Shown here piece by piece: positions 1-10,519 of a stretch of DNA of 64,000 nt (the first letter of the stretch is position 1; each line of letters begins with the position of its first letter). Both the position numbers and the translations under genes were made by a program. The notes under the pieces are model-generated. The model ran no database searches and had not been told where the DNA came from. It saw only the letters and a list, made by a program, of their open reading frames with translations. Source of the DNA: Tolypothrix carrinoi HA7290-LM1. GTDB lineage: Bacteria > Cyanobacteriota > Cyanobacteriia > Cyanobacteriales > Nostocaceae. The stretch covers positions 1 to 64,000 of the forward strand of contig JAHHIK010000022.1 in assembly GCA_019358935.1 (NCBI GenBank). The letters are read 5' to 3'.

Positions 1-268
1 ACGATCGCCTTCGCTGATATTTAAGTTTTTTGGAGTTAATCTTGCCACAACATAATTCCTTGGTACGCTCGCCACCACTGCTTTTTACCTTGCTATTTAT
101 TCTCTCACAATAATGGTCTGTTTATTTCCGCCGAACTGTACTAGTGTCTTCATTCACCCCTACTGCCGGGACAGTTATCTTGTTATTAGCATTAAGCAAG
201 GCTCGGCAGAGCCTTTTTTACTATTTTTTAGTATATAAATAATGTTTACTTTACCTATAGATTCGCCA

Positions 269-412
269 AGCAACGTAATTAACTTTCCTCAATCGACTCC
301 GCCAAACAATGTAATCAACTTTCCCAAGCCGACTTTGCCAAACAATGTAATTAACTTTCCCAAGCCGACTCCACCAAACAATGTAATCAACTTTCCCAAA
401 CCAACTTTGCCT
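269..412 (+). repeat. Four tandem 36-bp coding repeats (xNVINFPxxTxP)
   Basis: SNVINFPQSTPP / NNVINFPKPTLP / NNVINFPKPTPP / NNVINFPKPTLP in the 242 ORF. Confidence 0.95.
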
Positions 413-1201
413 CCTGGCAATGAACCTAGTATCAGTACCGTTAAACCAAGTGATGCGGCACAATTCCCACACGATATTCAGGTTCCAAGACCCGCAAAGT
501 TTCCAAAATCTCCGCTAGTACCTTTTTTTCAAGGCATCGTAAAGATATTAGCGCTTTTCAAGTTATTCCCGGAACCTCCAACAAAACCAAAACCACCTGA
601 AATTACAGAAGACCCGAAATTTAATCCAGCTTTTAGTAATGACAATTCCGAAAAAATAAATAATCTCAAGCTTACTACTTATAGTGAAAGAACTGTTCTT
701 GGCACAATAATTAGTGTCAGAAAATTGGCAGATGAAAATAATGGATATATTAAATTCTCTAATTATGAAATTAAAACTCAATTAATCTCTGGCGTTATTA
801 ACACTACTGTTGTTCAATCAGATTTTGTTAGTGCTAGTGCAAAAGCGCCAAAACTGCTTTATTTTGTTCCACTTGGAGTTACTGAAGCACCTCCAGAAGC
901 ACCTCCAGAAACACCCCCTGGCGTTCACCCAGAAGCACCGCCACTTCCAGACGATCCTTATATCCCCGACACACCGCCGCCCCTGCCAACACCAAGCCCG
1001 CCTCCTGGAAAGGACGACGGTAATAATATTGTTCCTTATAAACGTCCTAATAAACCACCAGAAAAAGAACCACCACCGCCACCACCAGAGCCTGAAGCGC
1101 CACCACCACCAAGGGAACCGAAAGTAATTCCACCACCTCCAAAACCGGAACCACCACCGTAAAATCCTCCTAAAAAAGAGGATGACGGTGACAACCCAGC
1201 C

Positions 1202-1690
1202 CCAACCCCGACCCCGACACCAACTCCCACACCGACTCCCACCCCGACACCGACTCCAACTCCCACCCCGACACCAACTCCCACACCAACACCGACCCCG
1301 ACCCCGACACCAACTCCCACACCGACACCCACCCCGACACCAACACCAACACCCACCCCGACACCCACACCAACACCCACCCCGACACCCACACCAACAC
1401 CCACCCCGACACCCACACCAACACCCACCCCGACACCAACACCAACTCCCACCCCGACACCAACTCCCACACCGACACCCACCCCGACACCAACACCAAC
1501 ACCCACCCCGACACCCACACCAACACCCACCCCGACACCGACACCAACTCCAACTCCCACACCGACACCAACCCCAACTCCAACTCCAACTCCCACACCA
1601 ACCCCAACTCCAACTCCCACACCAACCCCAACTCCAACTCCCACACCAACTCCCACCCCGACACCAACACCAACTCCCACCCCGACTCCA
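1202..1690 (+). repeat. CCN-ACN minisatellite encoding about 81 Pro-Thr dipeptides
   Basis: Uninterrupted CCV ACN codon pairs with synonymous third-position variation; reads as (GV)n on the reverse strand. Confidence 0.95.
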
Positions 1691-2540
1691 GAACCAGAAA
1701 CAGATCCTAGTGGACCAAAAATTCCCGGATTGCCAATTCCAATATTGCCAATTCCTGGAAAACCTGCGCCCAAAGAACCCCCACCACCCGCTTGTGAAAA
1801 TGGGTCTTGTGGCGCTGCAATTAAAAATCAAGTTGATAGCAACGGTAACAAATTAGATGCTTTGCAATTATTACTTCAAGGACTTGATTTAGCACTTTTA
1901 AAAGTAATAGATAACAAGCTAAATCCACAACTTCCAGGTGGAATATCGAGTCATTTAAAGCGCTTTACTAAATGGTTGCAACTAGACAGAGTATTAAATA
2001 TTTTGACGTGGATTAACACGCTTCACAATGCTTACATGCTTTCTTCTAGTTTAGGAGACACTTTATTTAGTGTAGTTGACAACATCGCTAACTTCTTTTT
2101 TCAAGATGAGGACGGAGTAGATATTGATGCTAAAAAGATTTTTGGTGGCTACCTTGACGAGGTTGATAAAAACATTTTTGGACTTGAAACGTGGAAAGGA
2201 ATGAAAACTACTTGGAAGCAGTGGAATCGCATTTATCAAGCTGCTGCTAATATTGCAAACACCGTCCGTAGCATGATAGACAGTGTTCGCAATATCGCTG
2301 AATTCACAGCAGAAAATACTGGCAAGATTGGTAATGCTTTAAAGAAATTTGGCGCGATAGGTGAAAAAGCTTTCAAGTGGATGCCCGAACATGTTAACGG
2401 TCGTAGTATTTGGATGCAACGCCTAGAAAACCTTGAAGATGCCGCATCTGGACTTGAGATGGTAACATCAGAAATGGTTAGCGTTCAAGACAATTTTAAA
2501 GAATTACAAGACCAGAAGAAAGAGTTTGAAAAATCAATCG

Positions 2541-2830
2541 ACTATTGATCGCGAAAAAACTTATCCTACAATTCCCGGTAATCAATCAATACTTGGCAAA
2601 ACTAGGCGTAAGCCGAGAGAACGCCCTGTCGCCTACGTGCGCTTTCGGTGGGCTGAGTTGAAACTGCACGGACTGGTAAACGATATTATTCTCTACGATC
2701 TTACTGGCTATTGGCGAAATGCTTTGGTCAAAGCAGCTTAATCTACATTAATCTGCAAAAAGCAAAGGACAAGTATACTTCCCCGGCTAATTTTATCTAC
2801 TTCCAGCAAGGGTTACAACCGATTTAGGTA
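2541..2830 (+). pseudogene. Fragment of another phage-like gene (TIPGNQSILGKTRRKPRERPVAYVRFRWAEL...)
   Basis: Protein-like reading in another frame overlapping the end of the previous ORF, with no good start; suggests a deletion junction. Confidence 0.35.
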
Positions 2831-2850
2831 AACAAAGTAATCCAAAGAAC

Positions 2851-3405
2851 ATGGCTAAATTTTCAGATATCCGTAGGGGTGGAGAACTAAAAGAAGCGCT
2901 TACCAACTACGTCAAATATTTGGAGGACATGGACACCCGTCAAACCAAACGACAAAAAGGTGGCTCTGTTGACGCAGAAGCGGTTAAGCCTATCAAGATT
3001 GACCTGATACCGTTTGGAGTAAAAATGCCGACAACCACGCCTAAATTTACGGTTCGTGCTTCTGGAAAAGGATTAGGCGCTGGTTCCCCACTCAAAGACA
3101 TTTTGACAGGCAGAATTGATTTAACTGTTGCTCCAACAAGCAGTGAGGTTTCTGGAGAAGATTTTCGACCTGCTAAAGTAACAGTTTTCAAGGGAACTGG
3201 AGCGGGTAAATATGAACAAAGTAAAGTCACTAAACTTTATTACATCAAGTATCCTGGCGATACTTATTCTGCTCCCTTTGGTGCCAAAGCAGAGGCTGAA
3301 GAGTACCAAACTGGGGTAAAAGAAGTTCGCACCCAAATTGGTACAGATTTATCCTCAGCTAAATTTGTCCGAATTTCCTTTAAACCTGAAATTATTAATA
3401 GCTGA
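2851..3405 (+). CDS. Hypothetical 184-aa protein, possibly a structural protein of a small cyanobacterial prophage-like element
   Basis: Clean ATG ORF; basic N-terminal arm, beta-rich body, motifs FRPAKV, SKVTKLYY, YSAPFG; function inferred only from context. Confidence 0.75.
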   Translation: MAKFSDIRRGGELKEALTNYVKYLEDMDTRQTKRQKGGSVDAEAVKPIKIDLIPFGVKMPTTTPKFTVRASGKGLGAGSPLKDILTGRIDLTVAPTSSEVSGEDFRPAKVTVFKGTGAGKYEQSKVTKLYYIKYPGDTYSAPFGAKAEAEEYQTGVKEVRTQIGTDLSSAKFVRISFKPEIINS

Positions 3406-3643
3406 GTATGGATTTTGACGATCCTTTTTCTACTTTAGTAGTTTTGAAATTACCCAACTTAATCTTTTTGTGGGCAAGATATCTGCAATTTCTGTTGTTG
3501 ATACTAGTCTTTCTTTCGTTGAATGCTTTTTTCAATGATTTTTATCCAAATTGAGGAGTTACAAACATGCCACCATAAAGCCAATCGGCTTTTTGATGAA
3601 ATCAAAGAACTTAAGCTGCAACTAAAGCACATGCAAAAAATGG

Positions 3644-3833
3644 ATGGAAGTTAGGATGTTGTCACGCATTACTGTTAGATCCGTAATAGTAATTATTTTG
3701 GTAATTGGTGCGCTGCTGCTAGCGATCTGCGATCGCAACTTCCGCCCAACTTTTGGGGACTTAGCGCTCATTTGGCGTCGGCGGGTATTTGGGTCAATTG
3801 CTGCCTGAGGCAAATAAGCGCTCTGGGGATTGA
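3644..3833 (+). pseudogene. Small two-TM membrane protein (holin-like), +1 frameshift
   Basis: MEVRMLSRITVRSVIVIILVIGALLLAICDRNFRPTFGDLALI; removing one T near 3772 continues GVGGYLGQLLPEANKRSGD*. Confidence 0.5.
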
Positions 3834-3843
3834 ATTAATAGAG

Positions 3844-4755
3844 ATGAACACAATTTTTATTCAAATTGCGTCCTATCGTGATACAGAACTTATTCCTACT
3901 ATAAAAGATGCTATAGAACAGGCTCATTCTCCTGAACTTTTGAGTTTTGGTATTTGTTGGCAATATCAATCCGAGTCAGAACTACGTTATATTGATCCTC
4001 TTAAAACTCTCAAAAATTGTCGGATTACAAGTGTTTTAGCTGACGATTCTCAAGGGGTTGGGTGGGCAAGATATCAAGTTCAAAAATTATGGCAAGGGGA
4101 AAAATATACTCGACAAATTGATTCTCATATGCGTTTGATCAAGCATTGGGATATTTTCTTAATTAGTATGTTAAATCTGTGCCCAAGCGAAAAACCTATT
4201 TTAAGTGCCTATCCGCCTAGTTACACTCCTCCTAGAACAATATTAAATAATTTTATTACTGGAATTAAGTTTGACCAATTTCACTCTTCGGGTATTGTGA
4301 CTCTCAAAGGTAGTGGGGAAGATTTAAACCAGTATTCTTATCCTCAATCTGGTGCTTTTATTGCTGGTGGATTTATGTTTTCAGAAGCATCTATTATCAG
4401 CGAAGTACCTTCAGATCCTAATATTTATTTTTTCGGTGAAGAATTTTTCACTTCTGCCAGAGCATGGACAAGGGGTTGGGATATTTATCATCCACATCAA
4501 GTTATTTGTTGGCATTATTACAATTCCGACACAAAAGCACGTCCTGTCCATTGGCAAGATAATGAATGGATACCTTTTAATTGTTTGTCTGAACAACGGT
4601 TTAGACAAATAGTTGGTTTAGAGGCATCAAGAGAAAATTTTGGCATTTATGGTTTAGGAGAAAATCGCACCCTGTCTGCTTATCTTGAAATCTGTGCGAT
4701 CTCCCTCGATAAGTGGGTCAAATCTTGCCTGCGATGCTCTGGGGATTCACGGTAG
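3844..4755 (+). CDS. GT60 / GlcNAc-family polypeptide alpha-N-acetylglucosaminyltransferase (Skp1-hydroxyproline GlcNAcT-like)
   Basis: IFIQIASYRD, GVGWAR, QIDSHMR, ILSAYPP, FIAGGFMF, FFGEE, ARAWTRGWDIYHP and WHYY motifs; ATG at 3844 preceded by GAG. Confidence 0.85.
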   Translation: MNTIFIQIASYRDTELIPTIKDAIEQAHSPELLSFGICWQYQSESELRYIDPLKTLKNCRITSVLADDSQGVGWARYQVQKLWQGEKYTRQIDSHMRLIKHWDIFLISMLNLCPSEKPILSAYPPSYTPPRTILNNFITGIKFDQFHSSGIVTLKGSGEDLNQYSYPQSGAFIAGGFMFSEASIISEVPSDPNIYFFGEEFFTSARAWTRGWDIYHPHQVICWHYYNSDTKARPVHWQDNEWIPFNCLSEQRFRQIVGLEASRENFGIYGLGENRTLSAYLEICAISLDKWVKSCLRCSGDSR

Positions 4756-5048
4756 ATGCAAGTTAATGTTTAGTTTGTTTAAGCTTTCGCTGCCGTTGGT
4801 CAATTCTAACGTGGTCAGAGTCTCTTACGTAAAGTGGCGATCGCCAAACAGCATATTGAGCGATTAATTAACAAGCGATCAACAGTTTCGCGGCATTGCA
4901 GTGCCTTATGAGTCAAGCAGACAGGCTGTAGTCGAAGAATCGCGTCTACCAAGGTTTAAAGCAGTCGTAATTACGCTTCAGTTCTTTGGTCATTTCGGAA
5001 AAATAAATGCAGCGATCGCCTGCTGGGTAAGCCGTAGGGACGCCTCCC

Positions 5049-5563
5049 TCATTTAGATGCGTTTTTATGTTCTATTGGGCGATCGCGTACATTAGCTTTT
5101 GCCCGATAGCGATACCGCCACATCACAAAGCCAGTGATAAATAGAATTAACGGTGCAAGTCCCACAAACACGTAGAGAATGCGGGTAGGTAAACCGCCAA
5201 ATGTACCGTAATGCAACGGGGAAAATGAGTTTAGTACAACTTCAGCGCGGGTTGGGTTTAATCCATCTTGTATTCGCAGCACAATGCCTGTAAATTGGTC
5301 GAGATAAAATCGACATAAGTGAGTTTGAATCCAGGCGTAGATGTGTAAGTGGTTTTGACTGTATTAACCAGAGTTTCCAGGGGGATAACATGGTTCGTTG
5401 GCACTATATGCCCCATCTGTCTTTCCAAAAGGAAGTTATCAATTTCCAGCTCAAACACCAGAACGCTGCCAGTCAACCCAGCAATACACAGCAGAATGCC
5501 AAGCACCAAGCCTAGCCAGCGATGCAGGGCAAACGTGATTGTACGAATGACTTTGCGGTTCAT
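5049..5563 (-). pseudogene. PepSY-associated TM helix protein, internally deleted and frameshifted
   Basis: N-terminal LHRWLGL...GLTGSVLVFE joined out of frame to C-terminal LHYGTFGGLPTRILYVFVGLAPLILF; about 200 aa missing relative to the paralog at 16331. Confidence 0.9.
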
Positions 5564-5589
5564 GGTAGAAGTTCAACGGAGGTTGCTAA

Positions 5590-7288
5590 TTAAAACTCGA
5601 CAGAAACAGACCCTAAAACGTTGAGTGGCGGTTGAGGAACAACCAGGAATCCACTGTAGCTGTTGTAATATTCGGTATTTCCCAAGTTGTTGATGTTAAC
5701 CTGGACTTTCCAGTTGTTCCGGCGGTAAAAAACAGAAGCATCTGCTCAAAGATAACTTTTGAGATCAACGTCCGTATTTGGTAGGGATGCTTTGCGATCG
5801 TCCACGTAAAATAGTCCCAAACCAAACCCAAGCCCCGTCAAACTTCCGGCTTGAATTTCATAGCTTGTCCACAGTCCAAACTGGTTTGTTGGAATTCCTG
5901 CAAGCTTGTCTCCAACAGGAATCGTGGCATCTTTACTCACAAATGCGTCGGTATAGGCGTAACTCGCCGCAATATTCCAACCTTTAACAGGGGTACCAAC
6001 TAGACTGAATTCAACCAAAGGCATATTGGTAGTTTTGATATTCAAAAAGGAAGGTAATATTTGTGTTCTTACCAATTTGCCAGGAAAAAGCAGGAGCCAC
6101 AAAAATACTTTCTGATTCATTGAAATCCCGGAAACTTCCAGCATTCTCGTAAGCCAGGTTCAGTCGATAGGCGGCTGTTTTTTCAGAGTTGAGTGGTCCG
6201 GAAAAATCCAGGGTTGGGCGATAAAAATTATAGCTGCCAGCAGTAAAGGAAGCCTCGTAGCGCGGCTGTTGTAGCGGTCGCTTGCTGACAATATTGACAA
6301 TTCCACCCGGATCGTTTTGTCCATATAAAACCGATGCAGGACCTTTGAGAATCTCAAGTCTGTCAATATTGGCGACATCAATTGGACTGAGGAAGCCAAA
6401 ATCCCGAAACCCATCCCGGTAAGTGGTAGAGCTTGCAAAGCCCCGGATGAAGAAGTAGGCGCTGGAAAGCCCTCCATAACTCTGAGCAGGCTGCACCCCT
6501 GCTACGGTATCTGTTGCTTGCTGGACACGTGTAACTTGACGATCCTGGATGAGTTGTCGGGGTACGACATCAACAGAAGCAGGGATATCACGCAGGGGGG
6601 TATCGGTTTTGGTTGCCGTAGAAGCGTTGGGCGCACGATATCCATCTTGCTCACCCGTTACTACCAGCTCAATCGGTTCATCGCCCTGTTGCGCTGATGG
6701 TTGACTTGGCTGTGTCTGGCTCCCTGGCTGCTCTTGTTCGGGTTGTTGTGGTGTTTGGGGTTGCTGCTGTGGTGGTGTGGAAGTTGAAGCACTAGCCACA
6801 GAGAAAATAAGACCCTCCTGGGGACTGTCAGATAACTCGACAGTTGGTACACTCCCCTCACCTATAACTGTCACCCGAATAGTATTGGCATCAAAGTTAG
6901 TAACTGTTATCTCAGTAATACCTGCAAGCGGTTTATTAGAGCGGAATGTAAACGCATCGCCGGATGGTAAGCGCAGTTGAGCGTTGGGAATATCAGCAAT
7001 AAAGCTATTGCCAGTACTGCGATTCACTACTTGCAATTGTTGCCCAAAAGATGTCTGCAAAATCACCTCCACACCCTTATCGGTGGGATTTGCTTTAACT
7101 CCAGTCACAGAAATAGGAGTTTGAGGAATATTAGCTTGGGATAGCCATTCACTGACAGTAGTTGCAGGGTGTTCTATTTCGTTGACATTACTAATTCTCG
7201 TCGTTTTCCCCTCTGCCCAAGCTGGTTGGGCAACTATTACTACCCCAGCTAACCATAAACCCATTGGCAATTGCCACTTTTTATGCAT
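5590..7288 (-). pseudogene. AMIN-domain TonB-dependent siderophore receptor, internally deleted, with a nonsense codon
   Basis: AMIN, plug (ATKTDTPLRDIP; EILKGPASVLYG) and early barrel strands, then a jump near 6011 to late strands (GWNIAASYAYTDA); TGA at 5746; ends VLGSVSVEF* at 5590. Confidence 0.9.
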
Positions 7289-7411
7289 AGATATCCCTAC
7301 ACAAAATGCCCTAAACATAGAGTTTCTAATGCTACGCACTATCTCTAGATAAGAACATCTTTCAATAAACCAATCCGGAATACAAGTAGTCTTGAGATAA
7401 AAATGAATCCG

Positions 7412-7448
7412 AAACGGATTTTTTTTGAGCCTCAAACGGATTTTTTTC
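7412..7448 (-). promoter_or_regulatory. Direct repeat AAAAAAATCCGTTT x2 (22-bp period), putative AraC-activator operator
   Basis: Between the AraC gene and the receptor start; a similar arrangement lies upstream of the intact receptor. Confidence 0.55.
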
Positions 7449-7582
7449 GACAATAACTTAAAGCTTCTCATACTGACAAAGAGTTGTAGCTTCAGGTATG
7501 CTGAAGCTTCTTTACATACTTATATTTGAAAATGTTATTAAATCTTGAATCTACGGCTTTACAGCTTGCTTTTTCCTCATAT

Positions 7583-8562
7583 TTAATCTTCGTCTTTGAA
7601 TGCTTTATGGAAAGATTTGGGATTTACTCCAAATTGCTTGCGAAAAGCTGCTGCAAAACGACTCTGATTTGCATAGCCAACCATACAAAGCAACATCTTT
7701 TACCTTCATTTTTCCTTCCAACAGCAATTGACGCGCTTGTTCCATGCGGTGTTGATATAAATAACCAAATACTGTTGTTCCAAAAATTTGATGAAATCCT
7801 ATTTTTAGTTTGTAGTCATTTAATCCTGTAAGTCGTGCTAGTTCAAGTAATGAAGGTGGATTGTTGAGATTGCCAACTAGAATATCTTTGGCGTAATGAA
7901 TTCTCTCAATGTCATCTAGCTTAATAATAATTGATTTCTTTAACTTTTTTTTAGACGATAACTGTTCTATCTTAAGAGCAATTAACTCTAAACATTTAGC
8001 TTCTAGATATATATGCTTGGTAAGGTTCTGATAAGGACAATTAATAATCTGCTGAAGTGGAAGATACATTGCAGGAGTAATAGAGTCCTGTTTGAAATCA
8101 GCTTTTGCAGGAAAACCCTCGATTAACTGCCTGATGTCTAACGGTAATGATTCAAAATTGCTGATGATAAAACTCCGCAGTAAATCGGGAAATTCTAGAT
8201 GAATGTCCACTTTTAATAACTTTTCTCCGGCAAGAGTTTCACTAATTCCAGCTTTTTGCAATCCATTAACACTCCACTGTATAAAGTTATTTCCACCAGG
8301 TATAAGACAATGAGTTCCTGAAAGATTAAATCCAAATTCTATCTCACTATCACTTTCGTCAGCCTCGCGTTCAACCCCAAAATCTTCATTAAATTCCTGA
8401 TCAATAATTAGCAAGCTAATATCACGTAGCGCAATATTACGTTCATATCCTTTGCCAAATTGTTGAGGACACACATTCATGATGTCCGAACTATCCGATG
8501 GATCTGGAAATTGAGTATTTCCAAATCTCTTCGTATTCTGCTTGTGAAATAATGTTTCCCAT
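7583..8562 (-). pseudogene. AraC (PchR-like) transcriptional regulator with frameshifts near both ends
   Basis: YLEAKCLELI, PPSLLELARLTGLNDYKLKIGF. The N-terminus MGNIISQAEYEEIW and the second HTH VGYANQSRFAAAFRKQFGVNPK are each in a different frame from the core ORF. Confidence 0.85.
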
Positions 8563-8591
8563 TGCTGCCCTCGCGCTGCGAGTCTAGGTTT

Positions 8592-8685
8592 ATACTATTT
8601 TGGATTTGAGATTTTGGATTGCAAAAAATTTTCTGGATAAACTGTTAGGCGCTCCATCTATCGCAATCATTGTTCAAATTAGTAT
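8592..8685. mobile_element. Putative short MITE-like dispersed repeat
   Basis: Terminal inverted repeats ATACTATTTT / AAATTAGTAT around an ATTTTGG-type heptamer stretch. Confidence 0.4.
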
Positions 8686-8715
8686 TAAAAATTATAATTT
8701 AAAATTAGGACTTGT

Positions 8716-8730
8716 AGATAGTAATTCTCA
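8716..8730. promoter_or_regulatory. Putative Fur box (7-1-7 like)
   Basis: AGATAGTAATTCTCA upstream of the AraC pseudogene; similar 15-mers at 12445 and 13565. Confidence 0.45.
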
Positions 8731-9211
8731 ATATTTGATCAAGCCTGGGGACTGTTTTCAAACCCTCTCAGCTCTCAGTATTAAAACATACCCTAGTCTA
8801 GCTGGAAGTTAGGTAGATGTTCAGATTTGTAAAAGATAGTTGGTAAACATGCGTTGGCGATCGCCTTCCCAATCTCAAGTTCCAAAAACTGCAATTATTC
8901 CTTGCAAGGGTTAACATCAGTGCAAAAGTTAGGTGTGAGTAAATTACGTCACCATAACCTGTCACGAATCAAGCAAGCCTAGTAAAACAACAAATAAAAA
9001 TTTACTAACCTACTATCGAACGGCACACATAAAAGACAAAAATATAACTACTCAAAATACACTATTTTTGACGAAATGTCTATCCAGGGTTTACAGAAAT
9101 AGATAATTGGTTGAGTCTTTGTCTACACCTTTTTTGATATTCCTAAAGCTAGATGTAGTTTTTGATAGTTGCAGCAAACTAAATAATAAATGAGCATCAA
9201 CCATAATAGTC

Positions 9212-9388
9212 ATGAATACCGAAAATAAAACGAATACCCCCAATATTTCTGCTAACTCCCAGCCATATGAAAGCAAAGAGGAACTTAACGAAAAAGCTCC
9301 TTTTGAATTTGGGCTAAGTGTTACATTGGGAGTTATAACAATTCTTCTGATTGCCGCAACTGCTTATTTAGGACTCATTAAGTTCTAA
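9212..9388 (+). CDS. Small 58-aa protein with a C-terminal TM helix (absent from the ORF track)
   Basis: MNTENKTNTPNISANSQPYESKEELNEKAPFEFGLSVTLGVITILLIAATAYLGLIKF*, followed by a hairpin. Confidence 0.6.
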   Translation: MNTENKTNTPNISANSQPYESKEELNEKAPFEFGLSVTLGVITILLIAATAYLGLIKF

Positions 9389-9443
9389 CTCCAAAGAAAA
9401 GATTTTGCACGAATCAGCGAAACGGTTAACCAACAAAATTATT

Positions 9444-9471
9444 GTACGGGCAGCCTAAAGAGCGCCCGTAC
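9444..9471. terminator. Hairpin between convergent genes
   Basis: GTACGGGC-N12-GCCCGTAC. Confidence 0.55.
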
Positions 9472-9500
9472 TTGTTGACACTTTTTATGAATTTGTAACT

Positions 9501-10514
9501 TTACTTAACGCTTTTGGTGACTACCTCACGCACGCGATAAATTGGGCGTCCTTGGGATTCGTGGTAAGTACGCATTAGCAATTCTGCCAAAAGACCGAAG
9601 CAAAAAAGCTGTACACCAGTTACTAATAAGAGAACCGCCAAAATCAGTAAAGGGCGATCGCCTATATCCTGATGAAAAGCTAATTTGACAAAAGTCAAGT
9701 AAATAGCGATCGCTCCACCGGAAAGCATGGAAATCAAGCCCCACAGCCCAAAAACGTGCATTGGACGAGTGAGGAACTTTTTCATAAACAAAATAGTTAA
9801 CAAATCCATCAACACCCGGAAAGTACGTGATAATCCATACTTACTCTGACCAAAGCGGCGGGCGTGATGGCGTACCGGAATTTCGGTAATTCTTGCTCCT
9901 TCAATGTACGCCAAAGCTGGTAAAAATCGGTGCAGTTCACCATAAAGGTTCATATCTGCGACCAATTCAGCACGATAAGCCTTAAGCGAACAACCATAAT
10001 CATGAATATTCACGCTAGTAGTCCGTCTAATTAACCAGTTGGCAATTTTGGAAGGAAGTAACCGCTTCAAAGCACCATCTTGACGGTTTTTCCGCCAACC
10101 GCTGACCAAATCGTAACCTTCTTCCAACTTTGCCAGCAGCATCGGTATATCTACTGGGTCATTTTGCAAGTCAGCATCTAAAGTGACAATCGCTTTACCT
10201 AAAGCATGATTAAATCCAGCAGACATTGCTGCCGTTTGACCGTAATTGCGTCGCAGAATTACCGCTTTTAAATCGTTGCGTGTTTGCGCTTCTCTTCTGA
10301 GAAAGTCCGCACTCCCATCAGAAGAACCGTCATCCACACAAATGATCTCATAACTTAACTCACTTGCAGTTAAAGTGGAAGCGATCGCCTCCAACAAATG
10401 CGGTATTGACTCAACCTCATTATATATTGGCACCACAACCGAAACATCAGGAACAACCGACGACATCGCCCCATTTTGTTCAGTCATCCTTTGCGAAATC
10501 AACCCACCCCTCAT
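9501..10514 (-). CDS. GT2 polyprenol-phosphate glycosyltransferase (ArnC/GtrB-like)
   Basis: VSVVVPIYNE, VDDGSSD, RNYGQTAA, LDADLQNDP, two C-terminal TM helices. Confidence 0.92.
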   Translation of the reverse strand: MRGGLISQRMTEQNGAMSSVVPDVSVVVPIYNEVESIPHLLEAIASTLTASELSYEIICVDDGSSDGSADFLRREAQTRNDLKAVILRRNYGQTAAMSAGFNHALGKAIVTLDADLQNDPVDIPMLLAKLEEGYDLVSGWRKNRQDGALKRLLPSKIANWLIRRTTSVNIHDYGCSLKAYRAELVADMNLYGELHRFLPALAYIEGARITEIPVRHHARRFGQSKYGLSRTFRVLMDLLTILFMKKFLTRPMHVFGLWGLISMLSGGAIAIYLTFVKLAFHQDIGDRPLLILAVLLLVTGVQLFCFGLLAELLMRTYHESQGRPIYRVREVVTKSVK

Positions 10515-10519
10515 ATTCC

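Larger units (their letters stand above)
242..2548 (+). pseudogene. Large Pro-rich / (Pro-Thr)n protein of a phage-like element, interrupted by one in-frame TAA (1160-1162); C-terminal helical domain appears cut short
   Basis: ORFs 242..1162 and 1730..2548 are in the same frame (1730-242=1488). After the TAA the frame continues [18 protein letters not shown]...[21 protein letters not shown] with no further stop until 2548. Confidence 0.75.

Noticed and set aside
818..1856. Long alternative-frame ORFs ((GV)n, WCRGG-rich, HQHPPR-rich)
   Set aside because: Shadows of the PT minisatellite; synonymous variation fits only the Pro-Thr frame.
3772..3843. N-terminal extension of the GT60 ORF
   Set aside because: It overlaps the frameshifted membrane gene, and family similarity starts at MNTIFIQ (ATG 3844).
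4760..5010. Possible gene remnant between GT60 and the PepSY pseudogene
   Set aside because: Multiple stops in the frames examined and no recognisable motif.
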